Assembly: GCA_029259155.1 (NCBI GenBank) | Contig: JAPDJI010000026.1 | Span: forward strand, 8,445-72,444 | From: Candidatus Methanomethylicia archaeon | GTDB lineage: Archaea > Thermoproteota > Methanomethylicia > Nezhaarchaeales > B40-G2 | DNA length: 64,000 nt | Direction of reading: 5' to 3' | Part shown: in pieces, positions 1 to 9,757 of the stretch | Layout of the letters: each line of letters begins with the position of its first letter | How positions within the stretch are numbered: the first letter of the stretch is position 1 | The notes under the pieces: model-generated | The model's input: only the letters and a program-made list of their open reading frames with translations | The model's database searches: none | What the model was told of the DNA's origin: nothing | Program-made: the position numbers and the translations under genes

Positions 1-174
1 AAGCGCATACCCCGCCTTCCTAGCTGAAGCCTCAAGCAATACCTCCTCTAAGTTCATCTTTCCACGGTTAACGTATGCCGCTCTGGGAAACACCTTTGAG
101 AGCTCTTTACAGAAGCTTCTAACCCTACGAGTAGGCCTACGCGATGTAGTTATGAAAAGCGGCAAGCCCAGCAC
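1..174 (-). CDS. Brix/IMP4-domain ribosome biogenesis protein, 5' part (runs off window start)
   Basis: Manual translation from GTG at 174: MLGLPLFITTSRRPTRRVRSFCKEL...VNRGKMNLEEV. ITTSRRP and NRGK are Brix motifs; expected position after rpl37ae. Confidence 0.85.
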   Translation of the reverse strand, partial: MLGLPLFITTSRRPTRRVRSFCKELSKVFPRAAYVNRGKMNLEEVLLEASARKAGYAL

Positions 175-193
175 CTATAAAAGAAGAGGGGGT

Positions 194-424
194 TTAACCG
201 ATCTCGCTGAACGGTGCGTATGCTCCTCCAGCAAACACCTTGCCACATTTATTGCAGTACCAAATACCTACAGCCTTACGCTTTAAGGAGCCGACCGTTA
301 AGCAGTAAGGACATTTATGTCTAGCTCTAAGTCTCTCCTCGATCTTTCTAACCCTCTTCCTGAGAGTAGACCCATATCTAGCTCCGAACCTAGCCGTAGA
401 GCGAGTAAACTTGGTTCGAGTCAC
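194..424 (-). CDS. rpl37ae: 50S ribosomal protein L37Ae (eL43)
   Basis: RFGARYG, CPYC...GIWYCNKC zinc finger, FAGGAY. Confidence 0.97.
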   Translation of the reverse strand: MTRTKFTRSTARFGARYGSTLRKRVRKIEERLRARHKCPYCLTVGSLKRKAVGIWYCNKCGKVFAGGAYAPFSEIG

Positions 425-425
425 C

Positions 426-1223
426 CTAAGTCCCCCCCGCTAAGGTTTTAAGGTAGGAGTAGAGCTCCTCGCCTTTACTTAAAGCCATCGACGCAGCTTT
501 CTGCAGCTCTTCCACCTCAAAGACCCCTTCTCCACTTTTCTGCGCGGCGCAGAGTTTGCCTTCAACTACTGATAGAGATAACTTTGCGTCGGCGGCTTCC
601 TCCTCATCCAGCACAGGATCCACCACTAGGGTATCGCCTATCTTAGCGATGGTGACGGTTACAGGCATCTTTGATAAAGGAGGAGGAACCTTATCTTCGT
701 AGTTCACCTTTACCCTCTCCTCCTCCACATCAGCCTGAGGGATCCTTGACGATAATAAGGCGGCCGAGGTAGCGAGGGCTGAAGCATCTATGAGGTTTCC
801 GTCGTGGTTGAGCACGTAGATGTCGATCCAAGCAATCCATACACTTTTACCTGGAACAAGGCATAGCTTAGATAGGTCCACTGCTTCAGCCTTCCTCAAG
901 CTCCTATCTATTACCCTAGCAAGCTCAATAGCGTTTTCATCAGGAGGGCCTGACTCAAAAGTAGGAGAAGCTAGAGGGAGAAACTCTGCGTTGACAGTTA
1001 ACACCCCCAGGTCTGGGGTATCAGGGAAAGGAGGGCCTATTTCATACTTAATGCCAGCAAGCACGAGAGTATCGCCTATACTTACGCGCGCAGAGCCATC
1101 AGCCCTGCCTATCAGGTTGGTTTCTACCTTGATATTTCGGTACTGGTCTAGAGTCCTACCGTCAACTCTACGGCCACTATTCAACAACGATAGGATCTGG
1201 GCTTTCTTTACCTTCGATATCAA
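426..1223 (-). CDS. rrp42: Exosome complex component Rrp42
   Basis: [31 protein letters not shown]; follows rrp41. Confidence 0.97.
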   Translation of the reverse strand: MISKVKKAQILSLLNSGRRVDGRTLDQYRNIKVETNLIGRADGSARVSIGDTLVLAGIKYEIGPPFPDTPDLGVLTVNAEFLPLASPTFESGPPDENAIELARVIDRSLRKAEAVDLSKLCLVPGKSVWIAWIDIYVLNHDGNLIDASALATSAALLSSRIPQADVEEERVKVNYEDKVPPPLSKMPVTVTIAKIGDTLVVDPVLDEEEAADAKLSLSVVEGKLCAAQKSGEGVFEVEELQKAASMALSKGEELYSYLKTLAGGT

Positions 1224-2023
1224 GTAGACCCTCCTCCTTCAATGCTTTTTCTAAGCGTAAGGTAGCGTTGTTTTAAGGCCTCCTTCTGCATCATGTATAT
1301 TCGCTCGCATGCCACCACCGCCATGTCCACCGCCTTAAGAAACTCCTCGTAGCTTAACTTACCATCAAGCTGGAGCAGGGTTACCTTACGCTTACCGTAC
1401 ATCATGGCGAAGGGCATGTCCACCTCTCCGTTCTTGTCCTCGAGGTCGGTTAAGTCTACGACTAGGTAGCCGTCGACCTTACCTACAGCACAGGCTGCCA
1501 CCAGGTCCTTCATAGGTATACCTGCGTCAGCAAGCGCTAGCGAAGCAGCGTTTATACCTGCACAGCGCGTACTACCGTCAGCCTCCAACACCTCTACGAA
1601 AATATCGATGGCTGTCGAAGGGAACTGTTCAAGAAGTATTGCGTGGGATAAAGCCTCCCTCAGAACCTTTGAGAGCTCCACTTCCCTTCTAGAGGGGGCA
1701 GGAGACTTCCTAGTCTCAACAGAGAAAGGCGCCATATGGTAGCGGCAGCGCACTCTAGCTTTATCAGGGTAAGCTAAGTGCCTAGGGTGGACGCTTCTAG
1801 GACCGTAAACGGCGGCTAGGATCTTCGTGTTGCCTTGTTCAACATAAGCAGAGCCGTTAGCGTTCTTAAGCACGCCTACGCTCATCTTTATAGGTCTAAG
1901 TTCATCTGGCCTACGTCCATCGTGCCTTACCCCGTCGCCCGAAATCAGCCTACGCTGCTCCCCTGCCATGTTCAACCTAACCTTCCCTTCACCGAGCTGA
2001 TACTCCTCTAAGCAAACGCCCAT
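1220..2023 (-). CDS. rrp41: Exosome complex component Rrp41 (real start may be ATG at 1969)
   Basis: [28 protein letters not shown] RNase PH motifs. Confidence 0.97.
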   Translation of the reverse strand: MGVCLEEYQLGEGKVRLNMAGEQRRLISGDGVRHDGRRPDELRPIKMSVGVLKNANGSAYVEQGNTKILAAVYGPRSVHPRHLAYPDKARVRCRYHMAPFSVETRKSPAPSRREVELSKVLREALSHAILLEQFPSTAIDIFVEVLEADGSTRCAGINAASLALADAGIPMKDLVAACAVGKVDGYLVVDLTDLEDKNGEVDMPFAMMYGKRKVTLLQLDGKLSYEEFLKAVDMAVVACERIYMMQKEALKQRYLTLRKSIEGGGST

Positions 2024-2048
2024 ATTTAAAAGTAAATGTAAAGTAAGA

Positions 2049-2756
2049 TCAGCTCTTCTTACGCTTCTTGTTTTTAAGCATCTGCATGACCCTTGCTGTC
2101 AAGCCTGCCACATGAGCCTCCTCAACTATCCTCCTCACAGCTTCAGCTACCAGATCTTCATCTTCAGGGTTTTCGCCCACCACCCAGATGTAGCCATTCT
2201 GTCCGACCACTACTTCGCATCCCGTCTCGCTCTTTATGAGGCTTATCATCGACCGCCGCCTACCTATAAGCCTAGGCACCTTGACCGCCGGTATAGCAAT
2301 AATACTCCCCTTAGTGATCTTACCTAGCCCCTTCTCCTTACAGGTTAAGGACGGGTTAAAGGCCCTCTCGAAGGAGATCACCTTAGCCACCAGCATATCG
2401 CCCACGTCGTAAAGCTTCCTTAAGTCCTCTTCGTGAAGGTTCAACGGCTTCACCGAGGCCTCGGACGCGTTTAGAAAAGCTACGTGAGGAGCCCTTATGT
2501 CGACCACGTAGCTAGAAGCGGTAATATCGATGACCTCACCTATGACTAGGTCCCCTACTTTAGGTATGTAGGGGCCGCTTAAAGGAACAACATTGACCAC
2601 GCCTCGGTTAAACTTCAAGATACCTACAGCATTCGAGTACAGCTTACCATCTTCCTTATACACGTTGGAGCCAGGCCTATAGTTGCCTTCGGCTAAGAGC
2701 TCTCCTGGCACCACCACATCCCAGTCCTTGAAGTAGACAGGCAAGGTGTCACACAC
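2049..2756 (-). CDS. rrp4: Exosome RNA-binding cap protein Rrp4
   Basis: [16 protein letters not shown] (S1), KVPRLIGR and VGQNGYIW (KH). Confidence 0.96.
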   Translation of the reverse strand: MCDTLPVYFKDWDVVVPGELLAEGNYRPGSNVYKEDGKLYSNAVGILKFNRGVVNVVPLSGPYIPKVGDLVIGEVIDITASSYVVDIRAPHVAFLNASEASVKPLNLHEEDLRKLYDVGDMLVAKVISFERAFNPSLTCKEKGLGKITKGSIIAIPAVKVPRLIGRRRSMISLIKSETGCEVVVGQNGYIWVVGENPEDEDLVAEAVRRIVEEAHVAGLTARVMQMLKNKKRKKS

Positions 2757-2789
2757 CTATATCCTACTAATCCATCACCATTATAACTA

Positions 2790-3482
2790 TCACCTTACGC
2801 TCAATAGCTTTACTTGAGCTGAGCCTTTCGTTAAGGAGTTCAGTTTATCGATGAGTGAAGGCTGTAAACCTGCAGGCAGCTCCACTTCGCCTTTCCATGA
2901 ACCGTCGCCTAGCCACTCAGACCTCTTAATGGAGCCCATTTTAGAGACCATTGCGTATGCTTTCCCCGCGTAGGGAGGAGGTATCCTTACCTCTAGTACT
3001 GCCTGGGCTATCTTTAACGGAAGTATAGCCTTAAGGGCCTTAATGGCCTCCAACGCCTGTGCTTCAGCGTCTTCGAAGGGGTTAATCGACACTTTAGCTT
3101 CATTTAAGGCGTTTTCTATCCTTAGTGGAGGGTGAGGCAGGTTAGTTTTAGGGTCAACGCAGTTCCTAGAGATGAAATCTATTATCTGCCTCCGCTTCAT
3201 CTCAATGAGCTCCTTCCTCTGCTGAGCCGTAAGCTGAAGCTCGCCCTTCCTGATGATCTGCTCAGCCACCTTTAAGGCATCGTCGGTCTTAAAGGCTTTC
3301 AGAAGCTCCTCCCTCGAGGCCTTAAGACCTTTACCTACATCTCTATAGATTAGTTCTGTTATTAACACGCTCTTGATGTCGATGTCTTTACCTTTCCTTA
3401 ACTTCCAGGCAAGATCAGGATCCACTAAGACCTCAAACTTCTCCTTACCTACCGTTAACCTTGCCACCACACCGCGTTCCAA
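2790..3482 (-). CDS. Ribosome maturation protein SBDS/Sdo1
   Basis: [32 protein letters not shown]. Confidence 0.96.
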   Translation of the reverse strand: MERGVVARLTVGKEKFEVLVDPDLAWKLRKGKDIDIKSVLITELIYRDVGKGLKASREELLKAFKTDDALKVAEQIIRKGELQLTAQQRKELIEMKRRQIIDFISRNCVDPKTNLPHPPLRIENALNEAKVSINPFEDAEAQALEAIKALKAILPLKIAQAVLEVRIPPPYAGKAYAMVSKMGSIKRSEWLGDGSWKGEVELPAGLQPSLIDKLNSLTKGSAQVKLLSVR

Positions 3483-3503
3483 TAAAGGCCCTCCGAGAAA
3501 AGC

Positions 3504-4241
3504 CTACGTTAAGCTAGCTATGTACTTCTCCAGGACCTCCTTGCTGAGCTTACCAAACTTCCTCGTCTTAATGTCCACTACAGCTAGCTCCACCTTCTCC
3601 GGAGATAAGCCCCCCTCCATAGCGACCCCTAAGCTTTTAAGCGAGAGCCTAATGGCGTCCTCCAAGCTCATGTCCTCCCTATAGTTCTTCTCTAAGATCT
3701 CAGATGCTTGTTGCGAGCCTGCACCAATAGCCACAGCGTAGTATCCAGCATAAGCTCCGCTAGGCTCAGTCATGAATAGCTTCGGGCCAGCCTTATCCAC
3801 GCCGGCTATCAGGAAGGACACCCCGAAGGGCCTAACGCCAGCGTGTTGAGTATATAGCTGTTTTAGGTCGCTTATCTTCCTCGTTAAGATCTCCACGTCT
3901 ATAGGCTCATCGTAGATCAACTTATTGATCTGAGCCTCCACCCTGGCTCTATCGATTAAAACTCTGCCGTCGGAAGCTAAGCCTGCGTAAGCCACGCCTA
4001 CGTGTTCATCTATCTTCCATATCTTCTCCATTGAGGAAGGGTCCACCAAGGGAAGTATACGTTTCTTCTCTACCGCTAGTACAGCTCCTTCAGGGCACCT
4101 TACGCCCAACGTCGTCCAGCCGCGTCTCACTGCTTCAAGAGCGTATTCAACTTGAAAGAGCCTACCGTCAGGAGAGAATACTGTTATAGCCCTATCGTAC
4201 CCCAAACCAGGAGGTGTGAACATGTAGCTTCCTCCCACCAC
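3504..4241 (-). CDS. psmA: Proteasome alpha subunit
   Basis: GYDRAITVFSPDGRLFQVEYA; RPFGVSFLIAG. Confidence 0.98.
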   Translation of the reverse strand: MVGGSYMFTPPGLGYDRAITVFSPDGRLFQVEYALEAVRRGWTTLGVRCPEGAVLAVEKKRILPLVDPSSMEKIWKIDEHVGVAYAGLASDGRVLIDRARVEAQINKLIYDEPIDVEILTRKISDLKQLYTQHAGVRPFGVSFLIAGVDKAGPKLFMTEPSGAYAGYYAVAIGAGSQQASEILEKNYREDMSLEDAIRLSLKSLGVAMEGGLSPEKVELAVVDIKTRKFGKLSKEVLEKYIASLT

Positions 4242-4365
4242 GATCTTTGAGTAAAGCCTGCGACAGCTATAGGGTAAGGGGCTCTTATAAGTATCTTTGC
4301 AACAATAACCTTTAACCTAACGTTTCCCTTTACGGATAAGGCAAGCTTAAAAGGGTAGGGGGGAG

Positions 4366-5100
4366 CTAGCCCTTCCTTCTACCAGTCCTTCGAGGAGCTA
4401 TGTGGCCTACCTTTGCCCCCGGAGGAGCCTTACGGCCAGCTGGCGTACTGCCCGTGGGGTGAGAGCCGCCTCCATGAGGGTGAGCGTAGGGGCTCATGGC
4501 CTTACCTCGAACCGTAGGGTATTTCCAGGCTTTAACCTTAGCTAGGTGATACTTAGCCCCAGCCTTGAGGAAAGGCTTCTCGATTCTACCTCCACCAGCT
4601 ACAGCACCTATGGTAGCTCTGCATAGCGGGTTGATTCTTTTAAGTTCCCCTGAAGGGAGCTGAACTATGGTTTTATCAGGCGCGTGAGAAACAACTGTAG
4701 CGTAGCCTCCAGAGGACCTTACAAGCTTTCCTCCATCACCAGGGTTAACCTCTATGTTGCATACGGAGGTTCCTTCAGGTATGAATTTTAGAGGCATGAT
4801 ATTACCTATCTTAGGGTCAGCAAGCGCACCTATCTCCACTTCTTGGCCTACGGTCAGCCCCTCAGGAGCTACCATTAAGAACTTGCCTCCACCTTCAAGC
4901 CTAATTAGGGCTACAGGTGCGCCTCTGCCAGGGTCGTGGAGGAGAGCCTGAACCTTGCCGGTCAGCTTACCTTCAAGTTCCTCCTTACTCAGGCTAAGGT
5001 ACTTTACCTCCCCCACTCTCTTCCATGAGGGAGCTCTGAACACAGAGCCTCCACGACCTCTGCGTTGAACGAGAAGCCTCTTACCCACTTTAAACCCCAC
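4366..5100 (-). CDS. rpl2: 50S ribosomal protein L2
   Basis: HDPGRGAP, GDGGKLVRSSG, HPHGGG. Confidence 0.98.
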   Translation of the reverse strand: MGFKVGKRLLVQRRGRGGSVFRAPSWKRVGEVKYLSLSKEELEGKLTGKVQALLHDPGRGAPVALIRLEGGGKFLMVAPEGLTVGQEVEIGALADPKIGNIMPLKFIPEGTSVCNIEVNPGDGGKLVRSSGGYATVVSHAPDKTIVQLPSGELKRINPLCRATIGAVAGGGRIEKPFLKAGAKYHLAKVKAWKYPTVRGKAMSPYAHPHGGGSHPTGSTPAGRKAPPGAKVGHIAPRRTGRRKG

Positions 5101-5137
5101 CTGTAGCGGTAGGACCTCAATTTAAACTATACGTATA

Positions 5138-5407
5138 TTAGAGGATGCCCATCCTAGAGGCCAAGTCCGATGCTTTATACTCAGGGCTTAGCTTTATGTA
5201 GGCCTTCTTCTCCCCCTTGGTCGTAATACATACGTTCACCCTATCCACCTTAACGTTGTAGAGAGCTTCGAAAGCTCTCTTAATGGACGGTTTATTGGCC
5301 CATTTAGCCACGATGAAGGTCAGCTCATTACCCTTCTCCATCCTTGAGAGCGAAGCCTCAGAGACTACGGGCCTTAAAATTATCTTGTTGGGGTCCTCCG
5401 ACATCAC
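5138..5407 (-). CDS. rpl23: 50S ribosomal protein L23
   Basis: LTFIV, GEKKAYIKL; operon position. Confidence 0.96.
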   Translation of the reverse strand: MMSEDPNKIILRPVVSEASLSRMEKGNELTFIVAKWANKPSIKRAFEALYNVKVDRVNVCITTKGEKKAYIKLSPEYKASDLASRMGIL

Positions 5408-6186
5408 TCAAACCTCCTCTCACTGATAAGCTTGGCTAAAGCAGTTTCCGTGTATAGGGTTAACCTGCCTGGAACACCTCCTGGAGCGAGGTGTTTGATG
5501 GAGAGGGTCCTGGCCAAAGCAACGTCTACTCCAGGAAAGTTTCGGAAAGCCTTGCGAGCGCCACGATCCTCTCCAAGAACCAAAAGTAAGCTTTTAGGCT
5601 CCCTATACTTCCTCCCTCTCATCTTCCCTCTTCCAGCTTTTATCTTAATGCCATTCTTAGCTCTCTCCACGTCGCTCCATAACCCTAGCCTCACAAGGAA
5701 CTTCTTTGCCTCTATAGCAGTGGAGATAGCCTCTACATCGTCCACTACTATTAGTGGGAAGCTTAAGGAATCGTCGAACCTATGCCCCCTGGCCTTAACC
5801 AATTCTTTATTAGCGGTAGCTGCTATGGCTGAGGCTATCGCCAGCCTCTTCTCCTTCACGTTGATCCTCTCAACCAACACCTTCTCCACCCGCGGTGGAT
5901 GCGCTCTACGGCCGCCCACCGTCATAGGCGCCAGCGCAGCTCTGCTAGTACCCTTAACCCTAGGTACCCTAGCCACACCGTAGCCTACCCCCCAGCTCTC
6001 AGCGGTAGTACGCATGCCTGCTTCAACATCTCTACCTTGTGGCTGAAGCCTAGCCGTGAAGGAAGCCAAGAAAGCTCTTTGAATAAGGTCTGGCCTTATA
6101 GAGGTCTGAAACACCTTTGGCAAAGTAAGCTTCTTCGCAGGTTTACCTTCAAGGTCGTACACGATGGCCTCAGTGATAGACGACAT
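5404..6186 (-). CDS. rpl4: 50S ribosomal protein L4
   Basis: TAESWGVGYGVARVPR, GGRRAHPP, LAPGGVPGRL. Confidence 0.98.
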   Translation of the reverse strand: MSSITEAIVYDLEGKPAKKLTLPKVFQTSIRPDLIQRAFLASFTARLQPQGRDVEAGMRTTAESWGVGYGVARVPRVKGTSRAALAPMTVGGRRAHPPRVEKVLVERINVKEKRLAIASAIAATANKELVKARGHRFDDSLSFPLIVVDDVEAISTAIEAKKFLVRLGLWSDVERAKNGIKIKAGRGKMRGRKYREPKSLLLVLGEDRGARKAFRNFPGVDVALARTLSIKHLAPGGVPGRLTLYTETALAKLISERRFE

Positions 6187-6188
6187 GG

Positions 6189-7190
6189 CTACGCACCTTG
6201 CTTAGACTCTAAGCTTATGAATGAGATCTTAGGGGGCTCAGCTTTCCAAGTAGGCCCCCTCACAGGGAGACGCAGCTTGACAAGCCTACCCCGAGGGCCA
6301 GGTATAGAGCCTTCAATGAGGAGGTAGTCGCCCCTGACCACTCCATAGCCTACAAAGCCTCCTTTAACCTGAACCTCGCTAGGGTCTGACCCTACCTTCA
6401 ACAACCGCTTATTGAACTCGGTTCTCTGCTGGAAACCGAGCTGTCCTGGGCGGGGGATCGTAAACATCATGCTTGGATGTTGCGGGCTTATGGCTCCTAC
6501 CTTCCTATACCCTTTACGGTGCTTATGCCATCTTGGCATTATCTTCACGCCGAAGCGCTTAACCACGCCCTCGAAGCCCTTCCCCTTGGTTATCGAGATC
6601 ACATCGACGTACTGCCCGTCCTTAAACACCTCTGTGACCTTAACCTCCTTGCCTAGGATCGACTTGGCATACTCAAACTGACCCTTAACCTCTCCCCCAC
6701 CGATCTTTATTTCGAAGACCTCAGGTTTCTTCTTCCCCAACCCAGACTTCCTAGGCTGAGTACATACAAGGACACGGATCTCGGCTACACGGTTTAGGTT
6801 CGCCTCTATCTCCTCTAAGCTTCCACCCCGCTTCGGTAGAGGCCTAATGGTCCTTTCAAGGCCCTTAGGCAAATCCTCGGCGAAGCACTCAGTTAAGGTC
6901 CTCAGCCCTAAGGGATGCCTCTCATAAGCTCTAACAGCACACACGTAGAGTGGAGGGGCATCGAGCACAGTACAGGCCTTAACCACCTCTCTGCCGTAGA
7001 GGGGGCTCGACGGGTCGCTCTCGACCATTACCACGTGGGTCATCCCCGCTTTATAAGCAGCAAACCCTAGAAGACAGGGCCCTTCAGAAACCTCCGGCCA
7101 AGACCTAATCCTAGGGATAAGCTTCCTAGCCCTAACCCTAGGATAGAAGGCTAAGGATCCTCTCCTGGGAGCGTGTATTCGCCTACCCAA
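6189..7190 (-). CDS. rpl3: 50S ribosomal protein L3
   Basis: PRRGSLAFYPR, GFAAYKAGMTH, TKGKGFEGVVKRFG. Confidence 0.98.
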   Translation of the reverse strand: MGRRIHAPRRGSLAFYPRVRARKLIPRIRSWPEVSEGPCLLGFAAYKAGMTHVVMVESDPSSPLYGREVVKACTVLDAPPLYVCAVRAYERHPLGLRTLTECFAEDLPKGLERTIRPLPKRGGSLEEIEANLNRVAEIRVLVCTQPRKSGLGKKKPEVFEIKIGGGEVKGQFEYAKSILGKEVKVTEVFKDGQYVDVISITKGKGFEGVVKRFGVKIMPRWHKHRKGYRKVGAISPQHPSMMFTIPRPGQLGFQQRTEFNKRLLKVGSDPSEVQVKGGFVGYGVVRGDYLLIEGSIPGPRGRLVKLRLPVRGPTWKAEPPKISFISLESKQGA

Positions 7191-7241
7191 CGTCCATCCC
7201 TTAAACCTAGGCGCTAGCCTGCAACCTCTTACTGCTTGGAT

Positions 7242-8117
7242 TTAAACCCTATCTTCAAGAGGGTAGCTGAGCCAGTTAACAATAGATAGCACCGACAGGA
7301 CTGCCTCCTCCGTTCTCACGGTCTCCACACCTTGGTGAGGGATGAAGTTAACCGTTAAGTTAGCGACCTCGTCAAGGGAAAACCCTTCACGTCTAAGAAT
7401 CTCAGCAAGCCCCTCCTTAGGGGAGCCGAAGAGGATGAAGGTGGAGTGGGAAGATAGGTGCTCCTTGAGCTTAGGTAGGGCTTCATGGAGGCTGATACCT
7501 AGCCTTGAAGTAGCTAGGATGAAGCTGTAGTTGCTGGTTTTGACCACCTTGACCAAGGGGCTCCATTCAAGCTTAGCTTTAAACCCGAAGTAAAAGGGGA
7601 CTTCGCTTAGGCTCGATATGGTAGCCTCTACCTTCCCATCCCTCTTAACCAGGTGAATTATTACGCGGTCGCCTCTCTTCAAGCTCGCTTCCACTGCTAT
7701 AGGCTCCTCCAACCCTACCTCCACGTATACTTTAGAGCCACGTCTACCCACCACTACTCCTTCCCTAAAGGAGCTGGCTGGGAGCTCCGAAACCTTGGAT
7801 TCTAGAGGATGGTTAGGAGTTCTAAGAGGAGGCAAAATACCTACAAATCTAAGTTCAGGCTTAAGAGGGTAAAGAAGCTTCCTAAGGTACTGTGGACAGT
7901 TCATGTAGTTTAATAGGTCCACGAGAAGCTTAGCATCCTTAAAGTCAACGTCATCCCTATCCTTATAGACCACTACCTCCTCCACCCTAAAGATGGCGCA
8001 AGCCCTACCTATGAAGCCAACCTTAATGGTCTTATCGCGGAGGTGGGCTACATCGCTAAGTAGAGAAGCTGGAAGAGCTAAACCTATCTTTCGAGGACGT
8101 CGAGGCGGATACTTCAC
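7242..8117 (-). CDS. SPOUT-family putative RNA methyltransferase (DUF171/SPOUT1-like)
   Basis: RACAIFRV, PQYLRK, LPPLRTPNH, FGSP, NFIPHQGVETVRTEEA; typical neighbour of rpl3. Confidence 0.92.
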   Translation of the reverse strand: MKYPPRRPRKIGLALPASLLSDVAHLRDKTIKVGFIGRACAIFRVEEVVVYKDRDDVDFKDAKLLVDLLNYMNCPQYLRKLLYPLKPELRFVGILPPLRTPNHPLESKVSELPASSFREGVVVGRRGSKVYVEVGLEEPIAVEASLKRGDRVIIHLVKRDGKVEATISSLSEVPFYFGFKAKLEWSPLVKVVKTSNYSFILATSRLGISLHEALPKLKEHLSSHSTFILFGSPKEGLAEILRREGFSLDEVANLTVNFIPHQGVETVRTEEAVLSVLSIVNWLSYPLEDRV

Positions 8118-8170
8118 GGAGTGGTATATGTTGAGATAACCTTAAATCCTTACGTAGCATACCCTTCTCT

Positions 8171-8238
8171 GGGCTGATGAAGAGCTTGCCGAGTGTCAAC
8201 CCTAGAGGGGATGAGAGGCCATTCATGCTCGGAGGCCC
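8171..8238 (+). ncRNA. Candidate C/D-box-like small RNA
   Basis: Terminal stem GGGC/GCCC; box C CTGATGA 8174-8180; C'-like GGATGA 8209-8214; D-like CGGA 8230-8233; TATA-like CTTAAA about 25 nt upstream. D' box is non-canonical. Confidence 0.55.
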
Positions 8239-8255
8239 CTTAAAAGGTGTAGTAC

Positions 8256-8966
8256 ATGAAGTACATCTCCCCTAAAGCTAAGATACCGTCCACCACCTTC
8301 ATAGGAGAAGCTGTAGTGCTTGGACCCACCTTCATAGGCGAGGAATGCCTCATCGAGGACTGGGTTATCATAGGGCACCCCAAGAGAAAAGGGCTTCTTC
8401 AGGCATCTACGAAGGCCTTCAACTCCCTTAACAAAGCTCTAGACGAGGAAAGCAGGGGTGCCAAGGTCGGTAGAGGGGTAATCGTGAGGAGCGGCTCGGT
8501 GATCTACGAGAACGTAGAACTAGGAGACTACGTGGAGACAGGGCACTACGTATTGATCAGGGAGAACACTCAGATAGGAAGGGAAGTTAAGGTTGGTAGC
8601 GGCACGATTATTGATGGTGAGGTAAAGGTAGGAGACCGCACTAACATCCAGTCCTGTGCCTACCTGCCACCAAAGACCCTGGTAGGTAAGGAGGTCTTCA
8701 TCGGCCCTAGGGCCGTGATAACCAATGATCGTTACCCCTTCAGCGGTAAGCTCGTCGAAACTGTAGTGGAGGATGGGGTAGTCATAGGCGCTAATGCAGT
8801 GTTGGTAGCAGGGATACGCGTGGGTAAAAGAGCAGTGGTGGCAGCGGGAGCAGTGGTGACTAAGAGCGTGGAGGAGGGAGTGGTCGTGGCTGGATGCCCG
8901 GCTAAGAGGATAATGACTGTGGAGGAATATGAGGAAAAGCGGAGCTATTACTTAGGAGAAGCTTAG
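8256..8966 (+). CDS. Hexapeptide-repeat (left-handed beta-helix) acyltransferase
   Basis: [LIV]G-x4 repeats, FIGPRAVITND, AAGAVVTKSV...VAGCPAK. Confidence 0.9.
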   Translation: MKYISPKAKIPSTTFIGEAVVLGPTFIGEECLIEDWVIIGHPKRKGLLQASTKAFNSLNKALDEESRGAKVGRGVIVRSGSVIYENVELGDYVETGHYVLIRENTQIGREVKVGSGTIIDGEVKVGDRTNIQSCAYLPPKTLVGKEVFIGPRAVITNDRYPFSGKLVETVVEDGVVIGANAVLVAGIRVGKRAVVAAGAVVTKSVEEGVVVAGCPAKRIMTVEEYEEKRSYYLGEA

Positions 8967-9391
8967 ATATCCAGTATGAGCTGAGCCACGTACCTATCCC
9001 CTTCTTTAACCACCTTTATCATAGAGTAGGTGGCTGCCTTAACCTCAGTCTTAAGGTTGTGTCGGCCAGGATCAAGCTTCTCACCGCGAGCCACTCCCTT
9101 AAGTTTAAGGACGTCGTCCTCCCTGTCGATCTTCACCTCGAAGGAGGAGAAGACCATCTTTTCAATGGAGGAAAGCGCTAATAGCTCGTTTAACCATTCC
9201 ACGAGGAGGCCTTCCTCATCGAAAGCTTCACAGGAAACCTCTACTTCGCGCTCTTCCTTAACTCCGCTCAAGTCGACCATGACGCTGAACATGGCCTTAG
9301 CCGCGTTTTCAAAGGCCTCCTCAAGCGTGGAGCCGAAGCCTCTAACCCCTACATCCGCTGTGGTCTCAAAGAGCTCGTAGCTGGACATCAA
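8963..9391 (-). CDS. Archease
   Basis: TTADVG, LEEAFENAA, EVKAATY, C-terminal ILDI. Confidence 0.95.
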   Translation of the reverse strand: MMSSYELFETTADVGVRGFGSTLEEAFENAAKAMFSVMVDLSGVKEEREVEVSCEAFDEEGLLVEWLNELLALSSIEKMVFSSFEVKIDREDDVLKLKGVARGEKLDPGRHNLKTEVKAATYSMIKVVKEGDRYVAQLILDI

Positions 9392-9609
9392 GGCTTAAAC
9401 CTAAGCGAGTTATATAAGCTCTCAGCTTGAGCTAAGATGCGACCTTGAAAGGGAAAGCAGAAATGAAGGTTACGTAACCATCGCTCTTTAAGGCTAACGC
9501 CTTCCCATTTATAAAGGATGCCCAAGTAAACGATACTCCTAAGGTAATGATACTTCAACCTCGTGCTAGAGCTGTCCAAAAACGCGACAAATAAGGCATC
9601 GATAAGTAA

Positions 9610-9713
9610 CGCCGGGGGTGGGATTTGAACCCACGCGCCCCAGACGGGGCACCGGCTTTCTCGCCAAGGAAAAAGCTCAAGGCCGGCGCTTTAGACCACT
9701 CAGCCACCCCGGC
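9610..9713 (-). tRNA. tRNA-Ser(UGA) with 18-nt intron at position 37/38 (9675-9658)
   Basis: Acceptor GCCGGGG/CCCCGGC, discriminator G, anticodon stem CCGGC/GCCGG with loop CT-TGA-G|intron|A, long variable arm, GTTCAAATC T-loop. BHB: CTTG pairs with intron CGAG, 3-nt bulges AG|C and AA|A. CCA not encoded. Confidence 0.95.
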
Positions 9714-9757
9714 TCATTGAAGAAAGCTGAGGGAGCTCCACTTAACCTTGCTGGTCT

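Noticed and set aside
820-1227. 135-aa plus-strand ORF and similar antisense ORFs (e.g. 5432-5983, 24931-25500, 20214-20624, 50695-51057)
   Set aside because: They lie opposite well-conserved genes, are Ser/Leu/Pro-rich shadow translations and carry no motifs
9388-9579. 63-aa ORF whose stop overlaps the archease start (TGATG)
   Set aside because: No recognisable motifs, and it contains the likely archease TATA box (TTATATAA about 9410-9417), so it is probably non-coding
9676-9680. TGA/TCA at the tRNA anticodon suggesting a selenocysteine or suppressor tRNA
   Set aside because: On the coding strand the anticodon is UGA (reads Ser UCA), with a normal 7/5 acceptor/T-stem fold
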